Below, one piece after another: positions 23,401-37,248 of a stretch of 64,000 bases of DNA (position 1 is its first letter; every line of letters starts with the position of its first letter). A program made the translations under genes and the position numbers. Source of the stretch: Amphiscolops sp. MND2022 (Eukaryota); NCBI GenBank assembly GCA_964187785.1, contig OZ076409.1:70620001-70684000 (forward strand). The letters are read 5' to 3'. The notes beneath the pieces were generated by a model. It was given only the letters and a program-made list of their open reading frames with translations. It was not told the origin of the DNA and did not search any database.

Positions 23401-26400
23401 AGTTGGGGGATACAGTTTCAGTCACCCCCCGTTACCCCTTGGGACCGGAAATGACCGTTATGTGGGTAAAATTGCAATTTTTGTGCTTTTTCGAGGGCAT
23501 TTAGGTGCGGAAGGAGTGGTAATAGGTGCTTGGACACTATATGATGATAGGGAGGACGTGAGGCGAGCATTCAAAAATAACCGTTATGTTGACCCCAAAG
23601 TCCCCCTGGTACCGGAAGTGACCCGTAACGGTCAAATTTTGTGTTTTTAGGGTACAAATGATTAGAATTTTTTGGAAAAAAGTACCTGGTCGGTGTTTCA
23701 ACGGCTTGCAGTAGTGAACATAGTCATGAAACCTTGTGGGGGGTAACGGTATATAGCACCGGAAGTCCAAACCGTTGGAGACAGGATAGGTATTTTGGTT
23801 TTAAATGCCTATAAGCGTACTTTTGTGGGTTGAATTGTTTCAATATCGACTAATTTGGATATTTTTTTGACATTGAAGGTTTTTTCAATAGTTTCAGGGA
23901 CCTCCAATGCTTCAATCAATATAACCGTTACCTTATGATAGCCTTTCAAGTTGGCCTGGTGTCAACTTGGAAGGGCTATCCTTCGAAAATCGTAATTCAA
24001 GTGTGTTTTTGAGTACGTTTTTATTACTTTAATATCAATTAGAGCCTAATCATTAGTTTGCCAACGACAAAAACTATGACGTGATGATACCGTTAGTAGA
24101 ATAGTTAACAATTTGTTGACAAAATTGATTTTTTGCATTTTAAATGTTTCCTAAATGCCAGGAAAACAATTTATCTAATGAATGGTACTGATTGAACCCA
24201 AGTATCATTTGAAAAAAAGTTAAACGTTGTTTTTTCGTTTCATTATGGAAGCTGAAACCTCACGTTTTAGGTCACTTAACGTCAACGCCACATACTTTAC
24301 ATCAACGCCCACCGTCTGTGGGCATGCCGAGGCATGCCCTTCGACGACGTATACCAATTACATATATATCTACACCCACCCGCGGTAGCAGCTAGGTGCG
24401 GGGGGGAAACCCCAACAAAATTTTTGGAGGATTCGGGTAGGGTCCTGAATCCGAGTTCAGTGCTGCCAGCTTTCGTTAAGAAAATTTGGATAGGATTCGG
24501 GATCTCGTGATCTAACCATAGGATTTTAAAGTTGGAGCGGCCCCCACCAGATTTTCCGAAAATTAGCGCCCCCCACCGGGTTCCATACCCCGGAAAATTT
24601 TTTTCTGGCCACACGGGCGACCGTTAGGGGGTCATTTTAGGGGTAAAATTCATATTGGGCCACATAACTTTTTTTCTGTTGATTTAAAACTTTGGGACCC
24701 TGCTAAAAGTTTCTTGACCGTGTTGCAAGGGCTCCGGAGGTCCAAACCAAATTTTTCTAGCTTGAAGCTATCTCCAAGTACCCCCCCGCCCAAAACGTTA
24801 TTTTTCCGGAAACGCAGGTTTTTGACCCGGAAGGAGTCGTCTGAGCGCGGGGTCGTTAGGTGATGTTTTGGGGACGGCCTTGAGACGAAGTGGGGGACAT
24901 GTAGTTTGTCAACCTCAGTTTACCCCCCGGACAGGAAATGACCGTTATATGAGCGGGAAAATTGCCCCCCTCCACGTTTTACCGCTATTTCCGGTAGGAA
25001 GGAGTGGGAGTAGCGCGTCGGGTGCCATATATCAAAAGTAGGTTCAGACAAGGACCTATCGGAAACATGTGGTTTGGGACCCCCTGGCCCAACCCGTTAG
25101 CAGGAAATGGGGCTTCCGCCTCCTTTTTTTACGGTTAAAAACGGAAAATGGGCATTGAGGGGTAAATATCTCGTGAACGCGTGGAGCTACGGTGTCCTTC
25201 ACTACTACAAGGTTTCATACCCATGATATGGTGCCTTCAGGGGGGCAAACAGATTTCCGCTATCTATCACCGTTACGGACTTGGCCCCCCAGCCTAACCG
25301 CTATGTGACCGGAAATGTCACTTTTTGAGTCCAAAGGGTCGGTCCCAGCCGGGGAACGTTAGGTAACTTATTGTAGTACTCATTGAGACGAGTTGGGGGA
25401 TATAGTTTCAGTCACCCCCCGTTACCCCTCGAGACCGGAAATGACCGTTATGTGAGTAAAATTGCAATTTTTGTACTTTTTGAAGGGTATTTAGGTGTGG
25501 AAGGAGTGGTAATAGGTGCTTGGACACTATATGAGGTAAGGGAGGACGTGAGGCGAGCATTCGGAAATAACCGTTATGTTGACCCTAAAGTCCCCCTGGT
25601 ACCGTAAACGACCGGAAATGGTCAAATTTTGTGTCTATTGGGTACAAATGTTTGGTATTTTGTAAAGAAAAGTATCTATTAGGTGTTTCGACGGTTTGCA
25701 GTAGTGAACATAGTCATCAAACCTTGTGGGGGGGAACGGTATATAGCACCGGAAATCCAAACCGTTGGAGACAGGATAGGTTTCTTGGTTTTAAAATGTC
25801 TTTCGGCGTACTTTTGTCGACTATTATGGACTATTTTTAAAAATTAAAGTTTTTCTATATAGTTTCAGAGACTCCGAAACCTCAACCAACATAACCGTTA
25901 CCTCATGATAGCCTTTCAAGTTGGCCTGGTGTCAACTTGGAAGGGCTATCCTTCAAAAATCGTTAATCAAGAGTAATTTTGGGTAGGTATATATTGCATT
26001 AGTACCAATTAGAGCTTCATCAACAGTGTATCAACAACAAAAACTAAGCCGTCATGATTCCGTTGTTAGAATAATAGTGAGCTAATTGTTCACAAAAAAA
26101 TTTTTTATACAAAATGTGTCCTAAATGCCAGGAAATCTATTTACCTAACATTGGTATTGATTGGAATGTATGTACCAGATTTATAAAAGTTCAAATTGAT
26201 TATTACGTTTCATTATTCAAGCTAAAACTTCATAACATAGTTTAATTAACGTCAACGCCACACACTTTACATCAACGCCCACCGTCTGTGGGCATGCCGA
26301 GGCATGCCCTTCGACGACGTATACCAAATACATACCTAACGACGCCCGTACATCCCGGGCTAGGTGCGGGGGGGTAACCCCAACAAAATTTTTGGAGGAT

Positions 26401-29400
26401 TCGGGTAGGGTCCTGAATCCGAGTTCAGTGCTGCCAGCTTTCGTTAAGAAAATTTGGATAGGATTCGGGATCTCGTGATCTAACCATAGGATTTTAAAGT
26501 TGGAGCGGCCCCCACCAGATTTTCCGAAAATTAGCGCCCCCCACCGGGTTCCATACCCCGGAAAATTTTTTTCTGGCCACACGGGCGACCGTTAGGGGGT
26601 CATTTTAGGGGTAAAATTCATATTGGGCCACATAACTTTTTTTCTGTTGATTTAAAACTTTGGGACCCTGCTAAAAGTTTCTTGACCGTGTTGCAAGGGC
26701 TCCGGAGGTCCAAACCAAATTTTTCTATCTTGAAGCTATCTCCAAGTACCCCCCCGCCCAAAACGTTATTTTTCCGGAAACGCAGGTTTTAGACCCGGAA
26801 GGAGTCGTCTGAGCGCGGGGTCGTTAGGTGATGTTTTGGGGACGGCCTTAAGACGAAGTGGGGGACATGTAGTTTGTCAACCTCAGTTTACCCCCCGGAC
26901 AGGAAATGACCGTTATATGAGCGGGAAAATTGCCCCCCTCCACGTTTTACCGCTATTTCCGGTGTGAAGGAGTGGGAGTAGCGCGTCGGGTGTTATATAA
27001 CAAAAGTAGGTTTAGACAAGAACCTATCGGAAACATGTAGTTTGGGACCCTCTGGACCAACCCGTTAGCGGGAAATGGCGCTTCCGCTTCCTTTTTTTAC
27101 TGCTAAAACCGTAAAATGGGCATTGAGGGGTAAATATCTCGTGAACGCGTGGAGCAATCGTGTCCATCACTACTACAAGGTTTCATACCCATGATATGGT
27201 GCCTTCAGGGGGGCAAACAGATTTCCGCTATCTATCACCGTTACGGACTTGGCCCCCCAGCCTAACCGCTATGTGACCGGAAATGTCACTTTTTGAGCCC
27301 AAAGGGTCGGTCCCAGCCGGGGAACGTTAGGTAACTTATTGTAGTACTCAATGAGACGAGTTGGGGGACATAGTTTCAGTCACCCCCCGTTACCCCTTGG
27401 GACCGGAAATGACCGTTATGTGGGTAAATTTGCTTTTTTTATACTCTTTGAAGTGGATTTATGTGCGGAAGGAGTGGTAATAGGTGCTTGGACACTATAT
27501 GAGGTAAGGGAGGACGTGAGGCGAGCATTCGGAAATAACCGTTATGTTGACCCTAAAGTCCCCCTGGTACCGGAAGTGACCCGTAATGGTCAAATTTTGT
27601 GTTCAAAGGGTACAAATGTTTGGTGTTTTATGGATAACAGTGCCTATTAGGTGTTTCGACGGTCTGCAGTCGTGAACATAGTCATGAAACCTTGTGGGGG
27701 GTAACGGTATAAAGCACCGGAAGTCCAAACCTTTGGAGAAAGGATAAGTTTTTTGGTTTTAAAATGTCTTTCGGCCTACTTTTGTCGACTATTACGGTCT
27801 ATTTTTGAAAAATAATGTTTTTCCATATAGTTTCAGAGACTCCGAAACCTCAACCAACATAACCGTTACGTTATGATAGCCTTTCAAGTTGGCCTGGTGT
27901 CAACTTGGAAGGGCTATCCTTCAAAAATCATTAATCAATTGTGTTTTTGAGTATGTTTGTATTACTTTAGAATCAATTAGAGCTTCAAGAAAAGTTTGCC
28001 AACGACAAAAACTATGTCGTGATGATTCCGTTATTAGAATAATGGTTAAGAAAATGTTGATAAATTTGATTTTTTACATTTCAAATGTGTCCTAAATGCC
28101 AGAAAACCTCTTTACCAAACAAATGGTATTGAGTGAATTGTATATAACAGCTAATAAAAGTTCAAATTGAATATTACGTTTCATTTTGGAAGCTGAAACG
28201 TCATATTGTAGTTTAATTAACGTCAACGCCACATACTTTACATCAACGCCCACCGTCCGTAGGCATGCCGAGGCATGCCTTTCGACGACGTATACCAGAT
28301 TCCACCCACACAACACCCCCGAGCGCGGTAGCAGCTAGGTGCGGGGGGGTAACCCCTACAAAGATATTGGAGGATTCGGGTAGGGTCCTGAATCCGATCT
28401 TAGTACCGTCAGCTATCAGTAGAAAATTTCCCTCAAAAACCGGGATCTCGGGAACTAACCGTAGGATTTGAAAGTTGGAGCGGCCCCCACCAGATTTTCC
28501 CAAATAGATCGCCCCCCACCGGGCTCCATACCCCGGAAAATTTTTTTTTGGCCACACGGGCGACAGTTAGGGGGTCATTTTAGGGGTAAAATTCATATTT
28601 GTCCATAAAACTTTTTTCCTGTTGGTTTAAAAGTTTGGGAACCCTGCTAAAGGTTTTTCGACCATGTTGCAAGGGCTCCGGAGGTGCAAACCAAATTTTT
28701 CTATCTTGAAGCTATCTCCAAGTACCCCCCCGCTCAAACCGTTATTTTTCCGGAAACGCAGGTTTTTGACCCGGAAGGAGTCGTCTGAGCGCGGGGTCGT
28801 TAGGTGATGTTTTGGGGACGGCCTTGAGACGAAGTGGGGGACATGTAGTTTGCCAACCTCAGTTTACCCCCCGGACGGGAAATGACCGTTATATCAGCGG
28901 GAAAAATGCCCCCCTCCACGTTTTACCGCTATTTCCGGTGTGAAGGAGTGGGAGTAGCTCGTCGGGTGCCATATATCAAAAGTAGGTTCAGACAAGGACC
29001 TATCGGAAACATGTGGTTTGGGACCCCCTGACCCAACCCGTTAGCGGGAAATGGGGCTTCCGCCTCCTTTTTTTACGGTTAAAAACGGAAAATGGGCATT
29101 GAGGGATAAATATCTCGTGAACGCGTGGAGCTACGGTGTCCTTCACTACTACAAGGTTTCATACCCATGATATGGTGCCTTCAGGGGGGCAAACAGATTT
29201 CCGCTATCTATCACCGTTACGGACTTGGCCCCCCAGCCTAACCGCTATGTGACCGGAAATGTCACTTTTTGAGCCCAAAGGGTCGGTCCCAGCCAGGGAA
29301 CGTTAGATAACTTATTGTAGTACTCATTGAGACGAGTTGGGGGACATAGTTTCAGTCACCCCCGTTACCCCTTGGGACCGGAAATGACCGTTATGTGGGT

Positions 29401-30313
29401 AAAATTGGGATTTTTGTACTTTTTGAAGGGCAATTAGGTGCGGAAGGAGTGGTAATAGTTGCTTGGACACTATATGATGGAAGGGAGGACGTGAGGCGAA
29501 CATTCGGACATAACCGTTATGTTGACCCTAAAGTCCCCCTGGTACCGTAAACGACCGGAAATGGTCAAATTTTGTGTCTATTGGGTACAAATGTTTGGTA
29601 TTTTGTAAATAAAAGTATCTATTAGGTGTTTCGACGGTCTGCAGTAGTGAACATAGTCATGAAACCTTGTCGGGGGGTAACGGTATATAGCACCGGAAGT
29701 CCAAACCGTTAGAGACGGGATAGGTTTTTTCGTTTTAAAATGTCTTTCGGCGTACTTTTGTCAACCAATATGGAATATTTTTTAAAATTAAAGTTTTTCC
29801 ATATAGTTTCAGAGACTCCCAAACCTCAAACAACATAACCGTTACCTTATGATAGCCTTTCAAGTTGGCCTGGTGTCAACTTGGAAGGGCTATCCTTCAA
29901 AAATCGTTGATCAAGTGTGTTTTTGGGTATGTTTGAATCATTTTAGAATCAATTAGAGCTTCAAGAAAAATTTGCCAACGACAAAAACTATGTCGTGATG
30001 ATTCCGTTATTAGAGTAATAGTTAACAAAATGTTGATAAAGTTGATTTTGTACATTTCAAATGTGTACTTTATGCCAGAAAACCTTTTTACCAAACTAAT
30101 GATATTGATTGAATTGTATATAACAGGTAATAAAAGTTCAAATTGAATATTACGTTTCATTTTGTAAGCTGAAACGTGATATTATAGTTTAATTAACGTC
30201 AACGCCACATACTTTACATCAACGCCCACCGTCTGTGGGCATGCCGAGGCATGCCCTTCGACGACGTATACCAAACAACCTCCATATCTACACCCACCCG
30301 CGGTAGCAGCTAG
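20440..30313 (+). repeat. Five family A units (starts 20440, 22402, 24396, 26364, 28339)
   Basis: Colinear 1962-1994 bp units. Unit 22402-24395 is a long variant with a divergent 3' third. Confidence 0.96.
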
Positions 30314-31584
30314 GTGCCGGGATTTTCTATTCGACAAGTTTGCGCGCCTTGGGGAGGGTCCCTTTGCGCGCTTTAAGATCCAGGTGTTTCCAACTCCTAA
30401 ACGGGCATGTGATTTCGACGATCTCCTAAACTAGCCATACGATTTGGCTGAAATTTGGCACACGTACCCCCCTCGGCACGGTGAAGATGATTCCCTACTG
30501 ACGTTTTTCCCGCTAAACATTTTTTGTTGACCAAAATAACGGTTTTTGGGGTAAAATTTTGAACTTTTTTTAAATTTCATCTTATATCTCGCCACGGGTA
30601 CACGCTAGCGCTTCCAAACCTTGCTGACGAAAGTTTGCAAACTGTCTCAGGAATGCGGTGTGAAATTTTCAGCTCAATCGGACTCAAACTCGGGGAGATA
30701 TAGCGTTTTTCCGGAGCGGGGGGGTTTCATTTTTCTAACGGTCCAGCTTATCTTTGCCATTTTTTCAAAAATGCACTCGCCTAAAGGCCTCCCCTGGCCG
30801 GTTTTATTCCCAACAAAACCATTTGGCCCTAAATACGGAGTTTCAGCGTTCAAGCATTCCTGGGCGAAAAGTTGTGGGACTTAGAAAAGTTCAAAAATTT
30901 TCAAAAAATTTTTTTTCCGTTATTTGGGCCCCCAAAGTGGGGGAAAAGACCCCCCAACCAGTAAGGCAAGTGAATGCATGTGCAAAGCCCTTGTTTAGAC
31001 GAGAAAAATGCCGTTTAGAACGTCTTTTTATCTTAACTTGACATTGACTTTTGTCGTTTTGAAGGTGACCGTTAGATACGGAAAATTGATGTTTTGAGTA
31101 TTTATCCCATCTGAAAGCCATTGAGATACAACATGTTTTGCTCAAAACGTGTTTCATTGCAGTTTCGCTGTCCATTATCACCCTTTGGTGTCTTTTCACG
31201 TAATTTTCGTTTCTATAATAACAATTTTTTTGTGTATTTATTCATTTTTTTCTCATCAAATAACTTGAAACAGTTGAGTACATTCCATCTCCCTTCCCGG
31301 GGGAGATGAGAATGTACTCGCTAAAGGTCAGGAACTACGGTCTATATCTTCCACAACACAAAAGGGATTGCAAATGGTTTCAGTTTGTCGCAGAAAACTT
31401 CTTTTTGCCCTCTGTGACTCGACAAAATGAACGTTTCTTACTTACTTTGAAACTCAGCATACCACAACTCATCTCTAACGTCAGCGCCCCCCTACTTGCA
31501 TCAACGCCCACCGTCCGTGGGCATGCCGAGGCATGCCCTTCGACGACGTATACCAAGATATACCTGGAGCGCGGTAGCAGCTAG
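30314..31584 (+). repeat. Family B unit (head type B3, 1271 bp)
   Basis: Starts GTGCCGGGATTTTCTATTCG. B core near 30820, hairpin near 31277-31319, terminal box present. Confidence 0.92.
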
Positions 31585-33770
31585 GTGGAGGTTATTTTAT
31601 AATAATTAATGTGTTTTTTTCCGGAGTTTGTGGCTTTGGAAAAAACAAAAGGCGAGAAATTGGGCACTCCGGGCTGAACCGTAAAGGCCGATTTTATACT
31701 GTAAAAAACGCCCATTCTAACTACGATCTCGAAACCCAGCCGTACGATTTTGCTGAAAATTTGCATGCGGCTACAAAATCAGATTCTAAGAACTTTTTTC
31801 TGCTGACTTTTTTTTGGAATTTTTTTGTACGTTTCCCCCCCGCCCCCTAAAGGGGTCAATTTTCCCCAATTTTGTACTTATGAGTCATATTCTCAAAACT
31901 GGTTGATCTGAGAGCAATCCTTGTGGAGAGAACTTTTGTAGAGCGCTCTTCAGTTGACTTTTTGGAGTTTTTACTTTGGTGGTACGTTCACCCCCCACAG
32001 CGGAAATAGCGTTTTTGTAACTTCCGGTCGAGCAATTTTCCACCCAAAAATTAGAATTATGCCAGTTTAGAGCACGAAGCAGTAGTTTTAGCGTGTTCAC
32101 ACTCTCCTGAAGTTTTGTTGGGCGTATTGAGATAGACATGATATCAAGTGTTCAGTTCACCCCCATCACCCCCTGGACCGGAAATGAACTTTCTTTTTTC
32201 CCCTTTCTTACAGGAAGTGTCGATTTTCACCGGTAAGGAGTCCTTGTACGAGCAACTAGCAGGGCATCAAAATTGACGTACCACCTGGGGTCAACTTAGT
32301 GAACACGTGTTGTCCAGTCATGGGTACCGCCATGACCGGAAATGGGGTCAAAACCCCCCTTTTAGTTGTTGTTTCATCAATTTGACTAGTGTTTGGTCCA
32401 CATTCAAGTCGCGTAAAACAATTGAACCTGTGTGAGCATAAACTGCATGTTCACTGCGTAAACGTAACAGACACTGCCAGATACCGGAAGTAACCCCCCG
32501 TGACCGGAAGTTGTCATTTTTGACCGGAAATGTTCCAAAAAATAGCGTAAATGCAGTTTTTCACTGCTTTTTAAGGTCAAGTAATTACTTTTTTCAATCT
32601 GCACGAGCTTGTCTTCAGGTTCGCTTTTGTTATCCGTGCACAGCGCAACAAATATACATCTGTAAAATTTTCTCTATAATATCGTCGGAGAGAGAAATAA
32701 CGGGTTCTTGGGGCTTTTTTAAAAAAATAATAGTCTATATCTGTAATTTTTGTCCAAAGTTATTCAACAGTACTACCACAGGGGTTAGTCTCTGCCCAAA
32801 TACATGCCTAACAAAACTATTTGTCACATTCGTCTCAGTTTGAGCGCTCCAGCTTTGCCTGGTCATAAGTTAAGTGACGTAGAAAATTTTCATTTTTTTT
32901 TCAAAAAAAATTTCTCGCCTTCAGTTCCTCCAAAGTAAAGAAACTTCCTCACAACTAGGATTGCAAGTGGATGCATGTCGCAAGCCCTATAATTGAAGCA
33001 CAAAAAACCGCTTAGGACGTCTCTTCATCGTAATTTGACGTTAACGTATGGTGCTTTGAATGAGAGCTTGCTAAGGGGTCGAGAAGTCAAAGTATGTAAA
33101 TGGAACGTATGTCTCGTCGAAAAGTCATCGGAATACATGCAATGAACCCCAATTGCCCTCAATTGCAGCTGCCTAGTGCAACAACGTCTTTCAGGGACCT
33201 TTAACCTATTTTTATTTGTGTCAAAACTATTTTAAGTTCAGTTAGCAAGAAACACTTGAGTGCATTCTCATCTCTCCCCAGCGGGTGAGATGAGAATGTT
33301 CTTGCTAAAAGCCAGGTACTACGGCCCACTTTTGTTTTAATGCGACGCATTCTCTGCTTTAGCACATAGATATTTTTATTTCGCCTGATTTTCTGTATAC
33401 ACTCTGACTTGTTATTATGAGTTCCTCGTCATTACTTCACATATATTTACAATCATCAAACGTTATCGTCAACGCCAAATAGATTTAGGCGCCCACCATT
33501 ACGTAGGTATGTCGAGGCATACTTTTCGATTACGTATGTCAAAACGCAAACGCGATAAAAAGTGCTAAAATTCAGAAACAGTGACAAACAAATTTGACTA
33601 TTTGACATATGGGAGGTTTTCATATGGAACTTACACATAGCTGACATTTCACAACATTGCAGCTGACGCCCACATACCAACATCAACGCCCACTGTCCGT
33701 GGGCATGCCGAGGCATGCCCTTCGACGACGTTTGCCAAATACCCTTTACCGACGCGCACTCTGCCGCTAG
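31585..33770 (+). repeat. Family C unit 1 (2186 bp)
   Basis: Starts GTGGAGGTTATTTTATAATAATTAATG and is colinear with 33771-35963. Has a B-type hairpin near 33259-33302, a degenerate terminal box and an intact terminal box. Confidence 0.93.
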
Positions 33771-35963
33771 GTGGAGGTTATTTTATAATAATTAATGTGT
33801 TTTTTTCCGGAGTTTGTGGCTTTGGAAAAAACAAAAGGCGAGAAATCGGGCACTCCGGGCTGAACCGTATACACTCAAATTTCGCCCATTTTTTATACGA
33901 TCTCAAAACTCAGCCGTACGATTTGGCTGAAAATTTGCATGCGGCTACAAATTGAGATTCTAAGAACTATTTCCTGGTGACATTTTTTTGAAATTTTTGT
34001 GTACGTTTCCCCCCCGCCCCCTAAAGGGGCCAATTTTCCCCACTTTTGCACTTATGAGTCAAATTCTCAAAACTGGTGGATCTGAGCGTATTCCCGCCGG
34101 GGACAACTTTTAACAAGCGCTCCTCAGTAGACCTTCATGACTTTTTACTTTGGTGGTACGTTCACCCCCCGAGGAGGAAATTGCGTTTTTGTGACTTCCG
34201 GTCGAGGCTTTTTTCACCCAAAAATTAGATTTAAGCCAGTTTTGAGCAGGAAGGAGTGGATTTAAAGTGCCTGTACCCTGCTAAAAATTTGTTGGGCTTG
34301 TAGCGATATATCTCATACCAAGTCTGGTTTTCACCCCCAAACCCCCCTTGAGACCAAAATTCACCCAAAGTTTTTTACCTCTGTTTGTAGTTTTTTTACC
34401 GAATATCGTCATTTCCATGGGTAAGGAGTTGAATTAGGGGCTCCTAATAGGGTACCAATGTTCAAGTACACTTGCAGTGCAACTGATTGACCCTTTTTGG
34501 GCCTCTCCTGTGTTCGGCAAGGACCGGAAGCGGTGTAACCCCCCCTTTTTTGACGTTTGTTGACCTTGAGACTCGCGCTTAGATGACGTTTATGTCGCGC
34601 GAATCCTACAAACAAGTATTAGGATGACATGCTAGCCAACTAGAGAGCAGTAAGGGAAACAATATTATACCGGAAGTAACCCCCCGTGACCGGAAGTTGT
34701 CATTTTTGACCGCAAATGGTCCAAAACCTAGCGTAAAAGCAGTTTTTCATTGCTTTTAAAGTCAACTTCTTACATTTTTCAATCTGCGCGAGCTTTTCTT
34801 CAGGTTCGTTTTTGTTGCCAGTGCACAGCAACGAATATACAACTGTAAAATTTTCGCTATAAAATTGTCGGAGAGAGAAATAACGGATTATTTGGACTTT
34901 TTTTCAAAAATATTAGTCTACATCTGTCATTTTTACCCAATGTTACTCAACAGTAGAACCACAGGTTTTATTCTCTGCCCAAAAATATGCCTAACAAATT
35001 CACCTGTCCCTTTGGTTGCAGTTTGAGCATTCTAGCTTTACCTGGTCACAAGTTAGGGGACTTGAAAAAGTTTCAAAAATTTTTCCGAAAAATTTTTCTA
35101 AACGTCATGTCTCCCAAAGTTAAGAAACTTCCGCACAACTAGGATTACAAGTGAATGCACGTGGTAAGACCTATAATTGGAGAGAAAAATTCAGTTTGGA
35201 ACGTCTCTTTATCGTAACGTGACGTTAAGAGAAGTTGCTTTGAATGCGAGCTTGATGAGACGTCGAGAAGTAACAGTGTGTAAATGGAACCTATGTCTCG
35301 ACAAATACTCATCGGAATACATGAGATGAACCCCAATTACCCTCAATTTCAGTTGCCTAGTACAACAACGTCTTCCAAGGACCCTTTAATCTTTTTGATA
35401 AGCGTTGAAGTCATCATTAGCTTGAGTTCGCAAGAAACAATTGAGTACATTCTCATCTCTCCCCATCGGGTGAGATGAGAATGTTTTTGCTAAAAGCCAG
35501 GTACTACGGCCCAATTTTGTTTTATTGCGACGCATTCTGTGCTTTAGCACATAGATACTTTTATTCCGTCTCACTTTTTGTATACACTCTGATTTGTTGT
35601 TATAAATTTCTCGTCATTACTTTACATAAACTAATTACCATAAAACTTTAACGTCAAAGCCACATTCATTTAGACGCCCACCATTCCGTAGGTATGCCGA
35701 GGTATGCCATTCAAAGATGTATGTCAAACGCAAATGCGATAAAATTAGTGCTGAAAATCGGAAACAGTGACAAACAGTTTTGACTTTTTGATATTTGTTA
35801 GGTTTTCATATGGAACTTACACATCACTGACAATTCAAAACATTCCAGCTGACGCTCACATACAAACATCAACGCCCACCGTCTGTGGGCATGCCGAGGC
35901 ATGCCCTTCGACGACGTATAGCAAATTCCTTTAATATCTACACCCAATTGCGGTAGCAGCTAG
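33771..35963 (+). repeat. Family C unit 2 (2193 bp)
   Basis: First ~98 nt nearly identical to C unit 1, then visibly diverged but colinear. Ends with the terminal box and CTAG. Confidence 0.93.
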
Positions 35964-37248
35964 GTGGCCGTGTCTTTTCGACGTGCTTTTGCATTGAGGA
36001 GTGGGTAGGGCCCCGCGACGACCTAGAAGAATTGGATGCTCACCGAAACGTGCAGAATTCTACGAGATCTCATAGTTTGAGCCATACGATTTTTCTGAAA
36101 TTTGGCATGTGGCCTGGAATTGGTGAGTAGGTAAAACGTGTAGAAAGTAATTTTTCCCAAATTCCACTGTGAGAGGAGATATGGGCAAATAACGGACCCA
36201 AAAATGGCAAAAATGCACATTTTTCAACTTTGTCAGCCAATATCTCTTTTCCAGGTGCCCGTAGCGTTCCGCACGTGGACATCAATATTGCTCAGCGCTG
36301 TTGGAGGAGTGCGTGGACAAATTTTGGTTTAAATCGGACTTAAACTTGACGAGAAATTAACGGTTTTTTGGGCGTTTCCGGGGTAAATTTTTTAACGGTC
36401 CAGCTTATCTTTGCCATTTTTTCGAAAATGTACATGCCTAAAGGCCTCCCCCTGGCCGAATTTACTCCCAGCAAACCCATTTGGCCCTAAATACGGAGTT
36501 TCAGCGTTCCAGCATTCCGGGGCGGAAAGTTGTGGGACTTGGAAAAATTTCAAAATTTTTTCAAAAAATTTTTTTGCCGTTTTCCAGGCCCCCAATGAAG
36601 GGGAACGACCCCCCAACCAGTATTTTGAGTGAATTCATGTGGAACGCCCATGTTTGGAGGAGAAAAATGCCGTTTAGCACATCTTTTTATCTTAACTTGA
36701 CATTGACTTATGACGTTTTGAATGTGATGTTAGGATATATGAAGTATGTTAAAAGTTGAAGTTTTGAGTCTTTATCTCATCGGAAAACCATTGAGATACA
36801 AGCAGTTTTGCTAAAAACGATTTTCATTGTAGGTTAGCAGAGTATTAGTACACTTTGATGTCATTTGAGTATTTTTTTCTTCTATATAATAACTGTTTTT
36901 ATGTATTTATTCCAATTTATCTCATCTTTTAACATCAAGCAGTTGAGTACATTTCATCTCCCTTTCGGGGGAGATGAGAATGTACTCGCTAAAAACCTAA
37001 TGCTATGGCGCCAATGTTTGAATGGGAAGTTTTCTATGCTTTGAAAAAAGTTATTTTTAATTACTTGATTTTTTAAAACAATAATTAACATGAAGTACAT
37101 TACTTGCTCCTACTACTACCACCACCATACATCTCTAACGTCAACGCCCCCTGCTTGCATCAACGCCCCATCGTCCGTGGGCATGCCGAGGCATGCCCTT
37201 CGACGACGTATGCCAAATGCCCAGTGCCACGCAGTCTTTCCCCGCTAG
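35964..37248 (+). repeat. Family B unit (head type B2, 1285 bp)
   Basis: Same head as unit 19163. B core, hairpin and terminal box present. Confidence 0.93.
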
